In this document: positions 39,485 through 48,118 of the stretch, piece by piece
Layout of the letters: the number at the start of each line of letters is the position of its first letter
Numbering within the stretch: position 1 is the stretch's first letter
From: Candidatus Bathyarchaeota archaeon
GTDB taxonomy: Archaea; Thermoproteota; Bathyarchaeia; Bathyarchaeales; Bathycorpusculaceae
NCBI GenBank assembly: GCA_963833575.1
Contig: CAWHXY010000007.1
Location: 192,001-256,000, forward strand
Reading direction: 5' to 3'
Length of the DNA stretch: 64,000 bases
Notes under the pieces: model-generated
What the model saw: the letters and a program-made list of their open reading frames with translations, nothing else
What the model was told of the DNA's origin: nothing
Database searches by the model: none
Position numbers and translations under genes: made by a program

Positions 39485-42400
39485 CTAGTCGCTTCTTTCT
39501 TCGCTTTTTTCGGTTTTGTTATTTCGAGAGATCTTGTAGGGCCACCAGTTGGCTCTTTGTGCTAAACCCATTAATGAAGGTACGAAGAAAAGAATGACAA
39601 CGCTGACATCTATTATGATGGCCGCGGCGACTGCAAGGGCGATTTCTTGAAGTATAGCTATGTTTGTAATAAGTAATGAGGCAAACACTGTAGCAAGAAC
39701 GAGCCCCAAACCGAGTATAGTTACCCAAACTTTTTCGATGGCAGTTACTATCGCTTCATTGTCGGTTTTGCCGTTGAGAACTTCTTCCCGAATACGAGTA
39801 AGGAAGAAAATGTCATAGTCGATTCCGACCCCAAGCATAGTTACTACAACGAAAAGAGGCGCAAAACTAAGAATAGGTAGGTTAAAAGCATCGTAGAAAA
39901 TGAGTGAAATGATGGCTAAAGCGAACACAACACTGCAAAGGATTGTGAATATTAGGCGGATTGGTGTAAAGGCTGACCGTAACTGGATAAACAAAATCAC
40001 GTAGACCGCTGCTGCCAAGATTGCCACAACTTCGGGAATTAGGTTTGCCATGAATGTTTGGCTGTCTATGGTTGATTGAGTTGCCCCGCCATAATAGATG
40101 GTAACTCCTTTTATGATCGATTGTTTGCTGATGTTCTTTTCCATTCCGTTCAATGACTTCATTGCGTTTGCACTCATTGCTGAATCTGAGAGGCTTACCG
40201 TAATTATGGCTGTTTTGTTATCTTGTCCTATAGTTGAAAATATTTGGCTCTCGTATTGAGTGCGGAGGGGCTCAGACATGTTTTCTACTGATGAGTAGTT
40301 AAATGTATTTTTGAAGGGTCTGGTAGCACTTTCGACTGCTAGAACGCCTTTAGAGCTTGCTGCAGTTGCAGTGATTTGCTCGATCTGGTTAAGTAAGGTC
40401 TGATTAAAGTGATTATTTCCGTACGTTATCTGTGTAGAAGTTGTAATTATAATGGAACTTGGCTGTGTTGTTCCGCTGCCAAAGCTGTCAGATATCGCTG
40501 TGAGACCCTGATTGCTTTGAAAATTTGGAATTAGCTTCAGAAATTCTTCGCCCGTAGGCGTCGTGTATACTACTGCAAAAGCACTTAAAGCTATGATACT
40601 GATGATGATTATGATGGGGATTTTTCGTCTTAATGTGCTATGTGCAACGCGAGTTAATATGTTCTTTTTTGGAGCAGATTTGACCTTGCTCAACCTACGG
40701 AGTCCTGGCCAAAATATTTTGTCCCCTAACGCAATTTCAAGAGCTGGCAATAATGTAAGCGATGCCGCAAGCAAAATTGAAACACCTAGAGCGATAGCGG
40801 TTCCGACGTCGCTAAAAATTGGTACGTTAGCAACTGCCATAACTATGTAAGCAACGATAACGGTGATGCCAGCGGTTAAAACTGCTTGTCCTGCCCACTT
40901 AAGCGAAATGCCTACGCTTTCTTCGATTGATTTGCCTTTTAGTCGTTCCTCTCTTGTGCGTCTAAGCTGAAGTACCGAGTAATCTACGGCCAATCCCAAC
41001 ATCAATAGTATCGTTAATGTTGGCGTGAGGAACGTCAAGTTTCCATGACCAACCTTTACGATTGCAGCGTAAATTGCGGCAAGTGCAACAGAAACTGAAA
41101 TTCCCCCAAGCAGAACTGGAATCAAAGCCGCTAAGGGCGCCAAAAACAAGAGCCCAACGATCAAAAGCGAAATTCCAATGCCTGGCCCCACAGTTAGGGC
41201 TAATGCCGGCACAAATGCTTTTTCAACATCCTTACTCAAGACTGACCCGCCGGTCACGAAAACCATTCCAAAGTTTGATAGCCCAGAGTTATGTACGTCT
41301 GACTCGACTTGAGTGATTGTGTTAGTATCCGGATTGGATGAGAAACCGAAAATTATGAGCATTGTATCATTTTGTGAATTAACAAAGTTGCCTGATAAAG
41401 CGGTTGAAGGAATATATGGGTAACCCGAATAGGGTTGAGTTGTGATTATGTTGTTGATCTCAACGTTTACGTCGTCTGCTGTTGCGTTTGGTGAAAGCGC
41501 TGTGAGAAGATTGCTAAGGGATGGGGCGTTTATTGTAAATAATGGGGAATTTGAAAAGGTGTTTTGGGTAGCGTTTGAAATAAAATCACATGCCAAATTC
41601 CACGTTTGAGTGTTATTAGGTAATACACCAAGTTGGTAGGTGGACTGCATCAGATCTGAAACTGAAAAACCTGCGTCAGCAGTGGTTAGATTAGTGTAAC
41701 TATTTTCTAAAAGTGTGATAGCGTAGTTGCCAATTGTTGCATTTGAAGGTGAAGATCCGAAGTTGTACAGATTGGTAACTAAGTTGGAAGGTGAAGCGCC
41801 CAACGATGATGATAAATCCGCAGGAATGCTTGATGCCAAAGTTGAAATTGTCAAGTTTGCTATTGCCTGAGGCTGGTTCCAATTTGTGACTGTCAAGTTG
41901 GATGCTACTGAACTCACCATTGAGCTTGTCTGACTATCTATTTGTCCGCTGTTTAACATCGCTGCGACAGCTTGATTTATTGCGAAGGCTTCACGGGTAG
42001 CCACCGACGTGTCGTTAGAGAGAGCTTGGAAACTTGCTGTCCAAGCACCATAGAAAGCGGTGTAGTATCCGATGGATTGAGCATTACCTCCAAAATTAGA
42101 TGTTAATAAGTAAACGGTGATGTTTGCTTGCGTATTAGCTAAAGAGAGATCTGTTACGCCTTGGGCAATAAGTCCTTGCCAAGCACCCTCGAATGCCGTT
42201 GGTATTCCGTAGATGAGCTGCGCTGTCTGGTTAATCCCTGTTTGAAGCTGAAACAGATTCGTACTCAAAACAGACAGATTATCCTGCAGAGCAAATAGTC
42301 CCGAATTAATCGTGGCTATATTTGATTGAAGACTAGCTGTTTGATTAAGTATAGCCGGTACTGACGAGTTAAGCAAACTATCCTCTAACGAATAAAGACT

Positions 42401-42754
42401 TGATTCACCAGTATAATTTCCCACATTTCTGTCTTTGTAAAGGGTAGCATTTAACACCAACACCTTCTGTTTCAACAAATCAGAATACACTTGAGCATTT
42501 TGGACTACAACTAAGATACTGCCTCCACTACTAGTATTTGAAGTCGGAAATTGAGCATGTACAATGTTTGCAGCTTTATCCGACTCAGTGTTCGAGGGAC
42601 CTCCAAATCCACCTGTCAAGTCATACGAAACAGATGAGAAGAAGCTTGGAATAAGAACAAGCGAAAGCAGAACGACCACTACCCAAGCAATGATAATCAA
42701 TCTGTGTCGCTTGCGAATAAAATTGTTCAATGAATCAAAAAATGATTTCGACAT
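39485..42754 (-). CDS. MMPL/RND-family transporter with large extracellular insertion
   Basis: Two TM repeats with GLAVDYS..RRTREE and GVGIDYD..TRIREE; about 350-aa Asn/Ser/Thr-rich helical insert in the first loop. Confidence 0.9.
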   Translation of the reverse strand: MSKSFFDSLNNFIRKRHRLIIIAWVVVVLLSLVLIPSFFSSVSYDLTGGFGGPSNTESDKAANIVHAQFPTSNTSSGGSILVVVQNAQVYSDLLKQKVLVLNATLYKDRNVGNYTGESSLYSLEDSLLNSSVPAILNQTASLQSNIATINSGLFALQDNLSVLSTNLFQLQTGINQTAQLIYGIPTAFEGAWQGLIAQGVTDLSLANTQANITVYLLTSNFGGNAQSIGYYTAFYGAWTASFQALSNDTSVATREAFAINQAVAAMLNSGQIDSQTSSMVSSVASNLTVTNWNQPQAIANLTISTLASSIPADLSSSLGASPSNLVTNLYNFGSSPSNATIGNYAITLLENSYTNLTTADAGFSVSDLMQSTYQLGVLPNNTQTWNLACDFISNATQNTFSNSPLFTINAPSLSNLLTALSPNATADDVNVEINNIITTQPYSGYPYIPSTALSGNFVNSQNDTMLIIFGFSSNPDTNTITQVESDVHNSGLSNFGMVFVTGGSVLSKDVEKAFVPALALTVGPGIGISLLIVGLLFLAPLAALIPVLLGGISVSVALAAIYAAIVKVGHGNLTFLTPTLTILLMLGLAVDYSVLQLRRTREERLKGKSIEESVGISLKWAGQAVLTAGITVIVAYIVMAVANVPIFSDVGTAIALGVSILLAASLTLLPALEIALGDKIFWPGLRRLSKVKSAPKKNILTRVAHSTLRRKIPIIIIISIIALSAFAVVYTTPTGEEFLKLIPNFQSNQGLTAISDSFGSGTTQPSSIIITTSTQITYGNNHFNQTLLNQIEQITATAASSKGVLAVESATRPFKNTFNYSSVENMSEPLRTQYESQIFSTIGQDNKTAIITVSLSDSAMSANAMKSLNGMEKNISKQSIIKGVTIYYGGATQSTIDSQTFMANLIPEVVAILAAAVYVILFIQLRSAFTPIRLIFTILCSVVFALAIISLIFYDAFNLPILSFAPLFVVVTMLGVGIDYDIFFLTRIREEVLNGKTDNEAIVTAIEKVWVTILGLGLVLATVFASLLITNIAILQEIALAVAAAIIIDVSVVILFFVPSLMGLAQRANWWPYKISRNNKTEKSEERSD

Positions 42755-42950
42755 TTAAATCAAATCTCTATTAAACAACCTTCTTGGATTTTACCAGTCA
42801 ATGCAAATGCGTTTTGCTTCGCCTTTCTTAAGGATTTCCCAGAATAATGCCATAGATCAACAAATGACTTACAATCCCTAAGTATATCCCTTTGATTATT
42901 TAGGGCAAAAATAAAATTACATGAATGTTATACTTACTTAGTGTTGTTTT

Positions 42951-43313
42951 ATGACAATTTTGTCTATTAATGCTGAGTTTGGTTGGGTAAAGATTGATGG
43001 AGTTCTTTACAAAAAAGATGTTATAATTCATTCAAATAGGAAAATAACAAAAAGGGAAAAAAAGAAATCAAAAGACTTAAGATCAATTTATGTACACACA
43101 CCCCTTTCTGAACGTGAACTTGAATTTCTATCAAAAGAAAAGTTTGAAGTTATTTTTGTTGGAACAGGCCATGAAGCTGCTTTGCCAATAACGCCTGAGG
43201 CTAACAAAATATTGCGTGAACACAACGCAGTAATTCTATCCACCCCAGAAGTGATTAAACAAATTGAGCAAGAAACGAGAAAATTTATCGCAATTATTCA
43301 CGTGACTTGTTGA
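42951..43313 (+). CDS. Mth938-like (AAMDC) domain protein
   Basis: FGWVKIDG..YKKDVII, IFVGTG, C-terminal HVTC. Confidence 0.87.
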   Translation: MTILSINAEFGWVKIDGVLYKKDVIIHSNRKITKREKKKSKDLRSIYVHTPLSERELEFLSKEKFEVIFVGTGHEAALPITPEANKILREHNAVILSTPEVIKQIEQETRKFIAIIHVTC

Positions 43314-43404
43314 CCATATCATAGACTTGGAAAGATTAAAATAAAAAATGATGGACAAGAGCGAGTCGAACTTGCATTTATGTCGATTGCAGTTGTTTGA
43401 CGGA

Positions 43405-43959
43405 TTACTTAATCCATTTCAGGATATTCGGTTTCTTTCTTTTCGATGTGCCTGGTTTTGTTTCAGGGTGGCCAAGGATGAATGGCACCATTAACTCGTA
43501 GTTTTCAGGGACTCCGATTTTCTTCAATACGTCGGGTTTGCTGTTTAGTAAACTTACGAATCCCATGTAGCATGTTCCAAGCCCAAGTTCATATGCTTTT
43601 AAAAACATGTTTTGAACTGCAAGAGCGCTATCTACCAGGTTTTGGGTGTTCCATTGTGGATCTTTTTCTGCACAGACCAATATTAGAACTGGGGCATTAT
43701 AGCAAATTATGTCCTCTTTTGTCTTGTATCGCTCAGCTAACGGCGGCCTCAACTGTTGAACTACAACCTTGGTTTCCTCAGAGACATAATTAATTAATTT
43801 CTCATCCTCAACAATTATGAATCTCCATGGTTCCCTTGCCATCGCTGTTGGAGCCCAAACTCCAGCTTCAAGAATTGTTTCTATATGTTCTTTCGAAACA
43901 GGTTCTTTTGTGTAACATCTTACGCTTCTTCTACCTTTAATACAAACATCAAGTTCCAT
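43405..43959 (-). CDS. Nitroreductase-family protein
   Basis: IKGRRSVR, APTAMAREPWRF, QNMFLKAYELGLGTC. Confidence 0.93.
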   Translation of the reverse strand: MELDVCIKGRRSVRCYTKEPVSKEHIETILEAGVWAPTAMAREPWRFIIVEDEKLINYVSEETKVVVQQLRPPLAERYKTKEDIICYNAPVLILVCAEKDPQWNTQNLVDSALAVQNMFLKAYELGLGTCYMGFVSLLNSKPDVLKKIGVPENYELMVPFILGHPETKPGTSKRKKPNILKWIK

Positions 43960-44097
43960 GTAAATTCCTCACTATTTCATTGTATAATCAAGTAATAAAA
44001 TATAGGTCATTAGAAAATGAAGAGAACCTCAAAACTGATGATTGGGAGATGTCGGACCAAAGAGTTACTTGTTTTCTGAACAGGCTCTCTGAATCTG

Positions 44098-44505
44098 TTA
44101 TTTGTTTGCAGTGCTTGTTACAAAGTGAACCGCGAACATATGGCCTTGGAAAAACATCGGAACCAAAACCATTGTTGAGTCTATTTCGCCTCCGTCTTTT
44201 TTCAGCCAAGTCACCTGAATAGTTGAAGCAGCCATCTTCTTTATGGAAGCCCAATACGCATTAGAGAGTGTTTCCCGACTCTTCTCAGCAACGTAAGCTT
44301 CTAGAAATCCTTGCTTCTCAGCCCATTCTTGCGGCGAGTTAAAACCCAACATAGAGGCAAGCTTGTTGTTGCAAGCTTTATGATTATCATCTAAGTAGAT
44401 GAATATTGGTTGCTCTGATCCTTCTAAAATCGGTTTCATCTGTTCATAAAGGCCTTTAACAATCTCTTCGTGATGTTCCTCAGATGTTTGTAACTTTTTC
44501 GACAT
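44098..44505 (-). CDS. Stand-alone PAS-like domain protein
   Basis: ILEGSEQPIFIY...CNNKLASMLGF...WLKKDGGEI pattern; ATG 44505 preferred. Confidence 0.65.
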   Translation of the reverse strand: MSKKLQTSEEHHEEIVKGLYEQMKPILEGSEQPIFIYLDDNHKACNNKLASMLGFNSPQEWAEKQGFLEAYVAEKSRETLSNAYWASIKKMAASTIQVTWLKKDGGEIDSTMVLVPMFFQGHMFAVHFVTSTANK

Positions 44506-44545
44506 ATGGATTCCACTTCCCAACTGCTTATCTCGCGGATTTAGG

Positions 44546-44848
44546 TTATTCCTGTATGCCCATTTTTTTGGCCCAATCACTGCCTTCTTTGAAAAACTTC
44601 ATTACTGGAGTTATCGTGACTTCTCCTATTGTTCTTAACGGTTCAACAGCAATGTTGAGAGTAGTGTTATCATTTGTTTCAAGGACAAAATAGAAAACAT
44701 GACCGGGTGCATCCATGTATCCCTCTATTAGTTTTGCTCCAGACTTCATCATGCTCTCTTCAGTTTTCTTAATGAATTCTTTATCTGGCCTTACAACGCC
44801 GCCTGGACAAAAGTCAACTGTGTGCCTTGCAACTATCATAAAAAGCAA
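44546..44848 (-). CDS. DUF3303/GYD-like ferredoxin-fold small protein
   Basis: LFMIVARH...CP, PGHVFYFVLE.D, VTITPV. Confidence 0.65.
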   Translation of the reverse strand: MLFMIVARHTVDFCPGGVVRPDKEFIKKTEESMMKSGAKLIEGYMDAPGHVFYFVLETNDNTTLNIAVEPLRTIGEVTITPVMKFFKEGSDWAKKMGIQE

Positions 44849-44984
44849 TTCAAACCAACTCCTTTATAATTTGATAATAACGAGTAAAGTACTGTTGTTT
44901 CTTAAGTGTATGTGATTGTAGAATAACTATTACAAAATCAATGTTGAACTTTTGTACAAATTGTAATGGGCATTTAGGAATTAT

Positions 44985-45061
44985 TGGTGCCGAGGGCAGG
45001 GTTTGAACATGCGACGACTCGGTCTTCAGCCGAGCGCTCTCCCAGGCTGAGCTACCTCGGC
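44985..45061 (-). tRNA. tRNA-Phe (GAA), CCA encoded
   Basis: GCCGAGG/CCTCGGC acceptor stem, CTCGG-CTGAAGA-CCGAG anticodon arm, TTCAAAC T-loop; one T-stem mismatch. Confidence 0.93.
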
Positions 45062-45244
45062 ACACTTTTGAAATGATTTGACATTTTTTGAGAGCGCTAT
45101 TAAGTCAATGCGCCCCATATTTATTTACGTTTTTGTTGCACCTTAATGCCACAGGAATAGAAAATCCAGCTTTTAGAATATCGTAATCAATATGGCGCTA
45201 AAAATAGGTTTTAAAGTAAATGGCACAAAAAATTAGAAAAATGT

Positions 45245-45376
45245 TTAAGGAATAAAATTTACGAAATGCATTATAATGTACCCTACAAGACCACTTGATA
45301 AGAAACAGGCAAAAATTAATGCCCCTTCATGTTCGTCTATGAAATCATTTAGTTTTATTTTCAATTTTTTTGTCAC
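45245..45376 (-). CDS. Possible single-TM microprotein
   Basis: GTG at 45376 gives MTKKLKIKLNDFIDEHEGALIFACFLSSGLVGYIIMHFVNFIP. Confidence 0.3.
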   Translation of the reverse strand: MTKKLKIKLNDFIDEHEGALIFACFLSSGLVGYIIMHFVNFIP

Positions 45377-45452
45377 CGCTGTACTGTTTGCTTTTTGGAG
45401 GGGAAAGGTTTTATGAAGGGAGAATACGTATTTTGAATTCAGCAAGCAGTTT

Positions 45453-45529
45453 GGGCCGTTAGTCTAGCTGGCTAGGACGTCGCCCTCACGCGGCGAAGAT
45501 CACCGGTTCAAATCCGGTACGGCCCACCA
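45453..45529 (+). tRNA. tRNA-Val (CAC), CCA encoded
   Basis: GGGCCGT/ACGGCCC acceptor stem, TCGCC-CTCACGC-GGCGA anticodon arm, ACCGG-TTCAAAT-CCGGT T arm. Confidence 0.96.
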
Positions 45530-45616
45530 GCATCAATCCTTCATAAGCTTTTTTTAAGTCTAATTAGCTTAATCTTAATGCTTATAACTTTGAAAAATAA
45601 CTTTATTTTGGTAATT

Positions 45617-45898
45617 ATGCATAGAAAAGCTGTTTTTGCTCTTGCAGGAATTTTTTTGGCTGTAGCTTTGATTGTGCCTCCGCCTATTTTTATTCTTTAG
45701 GCGGATCACGACTTGGATAACATGATTGTTATTAGAGATAATCCGGGGCTTGCAACAAGCAGCAACGCTACAATAACTGATGAAACAACCGAGAATCACA
45801 ACGCAAATATTATTTATGCAGCGATAATCGCATTAGTTTTTGTAATCTTATTTGTAGTGGCTCTATTTTACGACATAAACCATCCTCATCCACACTGA
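45617..45898 (+). pseudogene. Two-TM membrane protein interrupted by an in-frame TAG at 45698-45700
   Basis: ATG 45617 (MHRKAVFALAGIFLAVALIVPPPIFIL*) is in frame with the downstream 45713-45898 ORF. Confidence 0.5.
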
Positions 45899-46067
45899 AA
45901 AAGCAAGCCAGACAATCTAACCTAAAAAAATTATCATGTTAGCTCTAAGTTACTGTACAAGCTACCGATTGTATCTTGCTGTTGTAGTTACACAATCACA
46001 AATTGTTAAAAGTGGTTAACTCCAGATGTTTTTAGCATAGTGTTGCTTGCTTTAGGAGGTGTAATTT

Positions 46068-46268
46068 ATGCCTGAAACATCGATTAATATAACTGAGAAA
46101 TTGCAGAAAATCGGTCAAACTGCTCAAGAATACAAAGATGCAATCGTTAATCAATTCAAGGATATGGAAGTAGACGTAAAAGATTGGAACTTCTCTGTAG
46201 GAAAAGCTGACAATGAATATAATGTGGAAGTAAATCTTAAGCTCAGCATCCACCCCAAAAAAGCTTAA
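46068..46268 (+). CDS. Small hypothetical protein
   Basis: Strong SD GGAGGTG, 66 aa, T-rich terminator-like tract after the stop. Confidence 0.75.
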   Translation: MPETSINITEKLQKIGQTAQEYKDAIVNQFKDMEVDVKDWNFSVGKADNEYNVEVNLKLSIHPKKA

Positions 46269-46415
46269 GCAGAAGCTTTCATAGCAGATTTGAACCCCTT
46301 TTCTTTAAGTTTAATTTAATCGGTTTGTAAAAAAAACGAGTTCACAGTTTTGTCACCAAAACAGATAAAAACTCGGTTTTGCATCCATGAAAGCTACTTA
46401 CAAGAGGAAATACAA

Positions 46416-46619
46416 ATGCCGTCTGAAATTACCGATGTTGATAAGTTCGTGGCTATGAGCGCCAAAGCAAAATATTGCTCTGTAAAACGGCTCAAAGACA
46501 CAGTTAAATTGAAACTTCGCACTCCAGGTCAACTTTTCACCTTGAAAATTGAGCCCATACGAGCAGATGAAGTAATAAAGAAGTTGCAGTGCGAAATTCA
46601 AGAGAAAGAAAAAAAATAA
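46416..46619 (+). CDS. rpl38e: Ribosomal protein eL38 (L38e)
   Basis: MPSEITDVDKF...VKRLKDTVKLKLRTPGQLFTLK matches L38e; GAGG SD before ATG 46416. Confidence 0.85.
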   Translation: MPSEITDVDKFVAMSAKAKYCSVKRLKDTVKLKLRTPGQLFTLKIEPIRADEVIKKLQCEIQEKEKK

Positions 46620-46701
46620 CCTTTCTTAATTGTCTTCCTTTCTGTTTTTATCCACCCCATTTAAAGCTTAATTTTAATTCTTAACGTTAAATTTCCCGTT
46701 T

Positions 46702-46724
46702 GTATACGAAAGCATCAACAAAAC
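46702..46724 (-). repeat. 23-bp dispersed motif, copy 1
   Basis: Minus strand GTTTTGTTGATGCTTTCGTATAC. Confidence 0.9.
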
Positions 46725-47307
46725 ATAGTAAACCTACCTCTATCTGCAATCCGAAGAATTCAAAAGATACTCAAAGTTCTCGAAAGTCAACGAACTATAA
46801 ATATACATGCACAATCAAAAACAAAAAATTAGGCAAAAAGCTCTAAAGGGGTCAAACAATAGGCATCTGAAGAATAAAAAAGTCCGAATTTTAAGAATAA
46901 CAGGGTAGCAAACCCAAACTCACTCGCTACGACAGCTAATTTAGGGAACAAATAATCCCCTGTAACCTTGTTGACAGGCACTTTAAGCCAGTCAAACAGC
47001 TATTAAATCGCCAAGTTTTCCCTTAGGCTTATTTAACTGCACGAAAAATAGCCGAACGGTCATTTTTTACATGTAAAAGTTAAAATAGCTATTAATACAA
47101 AGGCAAAAAAAGCGCTATTTTGATAATGCGTCCATGCCATTTTCTTGTACCGGTGGCTACGATATACGAAGAAAATTGTTTTGCAGGAAAGAAAGGGTTT
47201 TTCAGCAAGCCAGAGCATAAACGTTGCATTGGGTTGAAAAAACGTGTGCGAACGAGAAGCTGCAGGCCTTGGAATTGCTGGATTTGCTTATGGGATTTTG
47301 AAAGTGT

Positions 47308-47330
47308 GTTTGGTTGATGCTTTTGTATAC
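47308..47330 (+). repeat. 23-bp dispersed motif, copy 2
   Basis: GTTTGGTTGATGCTTTTGTATAC. Confidence 0.9.
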
Positions 47331-47410
47331 GGGTTCTAAAGTTAACGTGCAGTTTATTTCAGCATTTCCATTTTTTCAAGTTTTTTTGTCAATTACCAAG
47401 GGTTTAATCC

Positions 47411-48118
47411 ATGAGTGTTGAACGTAATCTGATAATTTCATTATTAAAATTAACTAAGAAAGGGGCAATTTTAATTGAAAATGTCAAAGAAGACGCCAGA
47501 ACACCATTAGCAATGACGAAAAAGTTGTTATCAAATCTGCAAAATGAAGGGCTCGTTTATTTGAAATCAGACAGTGTTGAAGCCAGCACCAGTATGAGAC
47601 TTAAACTGATGATTAAGGCAGCGTCATTAGGGGCCGATGTTGAGCACATCAGCAACTTTCTTTGTTGGCAGGAATTTGAGGAAATCGCCGCTTTCGCATT
47701 AAAAAATTTCGGTTACACTGTGACCAATAACATGCGCTTTAAACATGCAGGTCACAGATGGGAAATAGATGTTGTTGCATGTAAGAAACCTCTAGTTGTT
47801 TGCATTGATTGTAAACATTGGCAACATGCAATTACGCCCTCAGCCTTGCGAAAAATCGTTGATGCACAGGTACAGCGGACAAAAGCTTTAGCCGAATCCT
47901 TGCCCAACCTTTCACTTACATTAGAATGCACAAAATGGGAAAACGCAAAGTTTACTCCAGTCATACTATCTCTCATACCCAGTGCTTACAAATTTGTCGA
48001 CGACGTTCCTATTGTGCCTATCCTAAAATTACAAGACTTCATCAACCAAATGCCCGTTTACATGGGCTCTATAAAGTTTTTTTCCAGATCTTTCAATTCG
48101 TTAAGTCATAATTTTTAG
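47411..48118 (+). CDS. Winged-helix plus PD-(D/E)xK (Mrr/NERD-like) nuclease-domain protein
   Basis: N-terminal KKLLSNLQNEGLV wHTH pattern; WQEFEEIAA...GY...EIDVVA...IDCKHW nuclease motif. Confidence 0.8.
   Translation: MSVERNLIISLLKLTKKGAILIENVKEDARTPLAMTKKLLSNLQNEGLVYLKSDSVEASTSMRLKLMIKAASLGADVEHISNFLCWQEFEEIAAFALKNFGYTVTNNMRFKHAGHRWEIDVVACKKPLVVCIDCKHWQHAITPSALRKIVDAQVQRTKALAESLPNLSLTLECTKWENAKFTPVILSLIPSAYKFVDDVPIVPILKLQDFINQMPVYMGSIKFFSRSFNSLSHNF

Noticed and set aside
44943-44959. GTTGAACTTTTGTACAA as a seventh motif copy
   Set aside because: Needs an indel and several mismatches in otherwise invariant positions
44850-45065. 71-aa minus-strand ORF
   Set aside because: Runs through tRNA-Phe
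45698-45700. Genome-wide amber recoding
   Set aside because: Several well-conserved genes in the window end at TAG with the expected length
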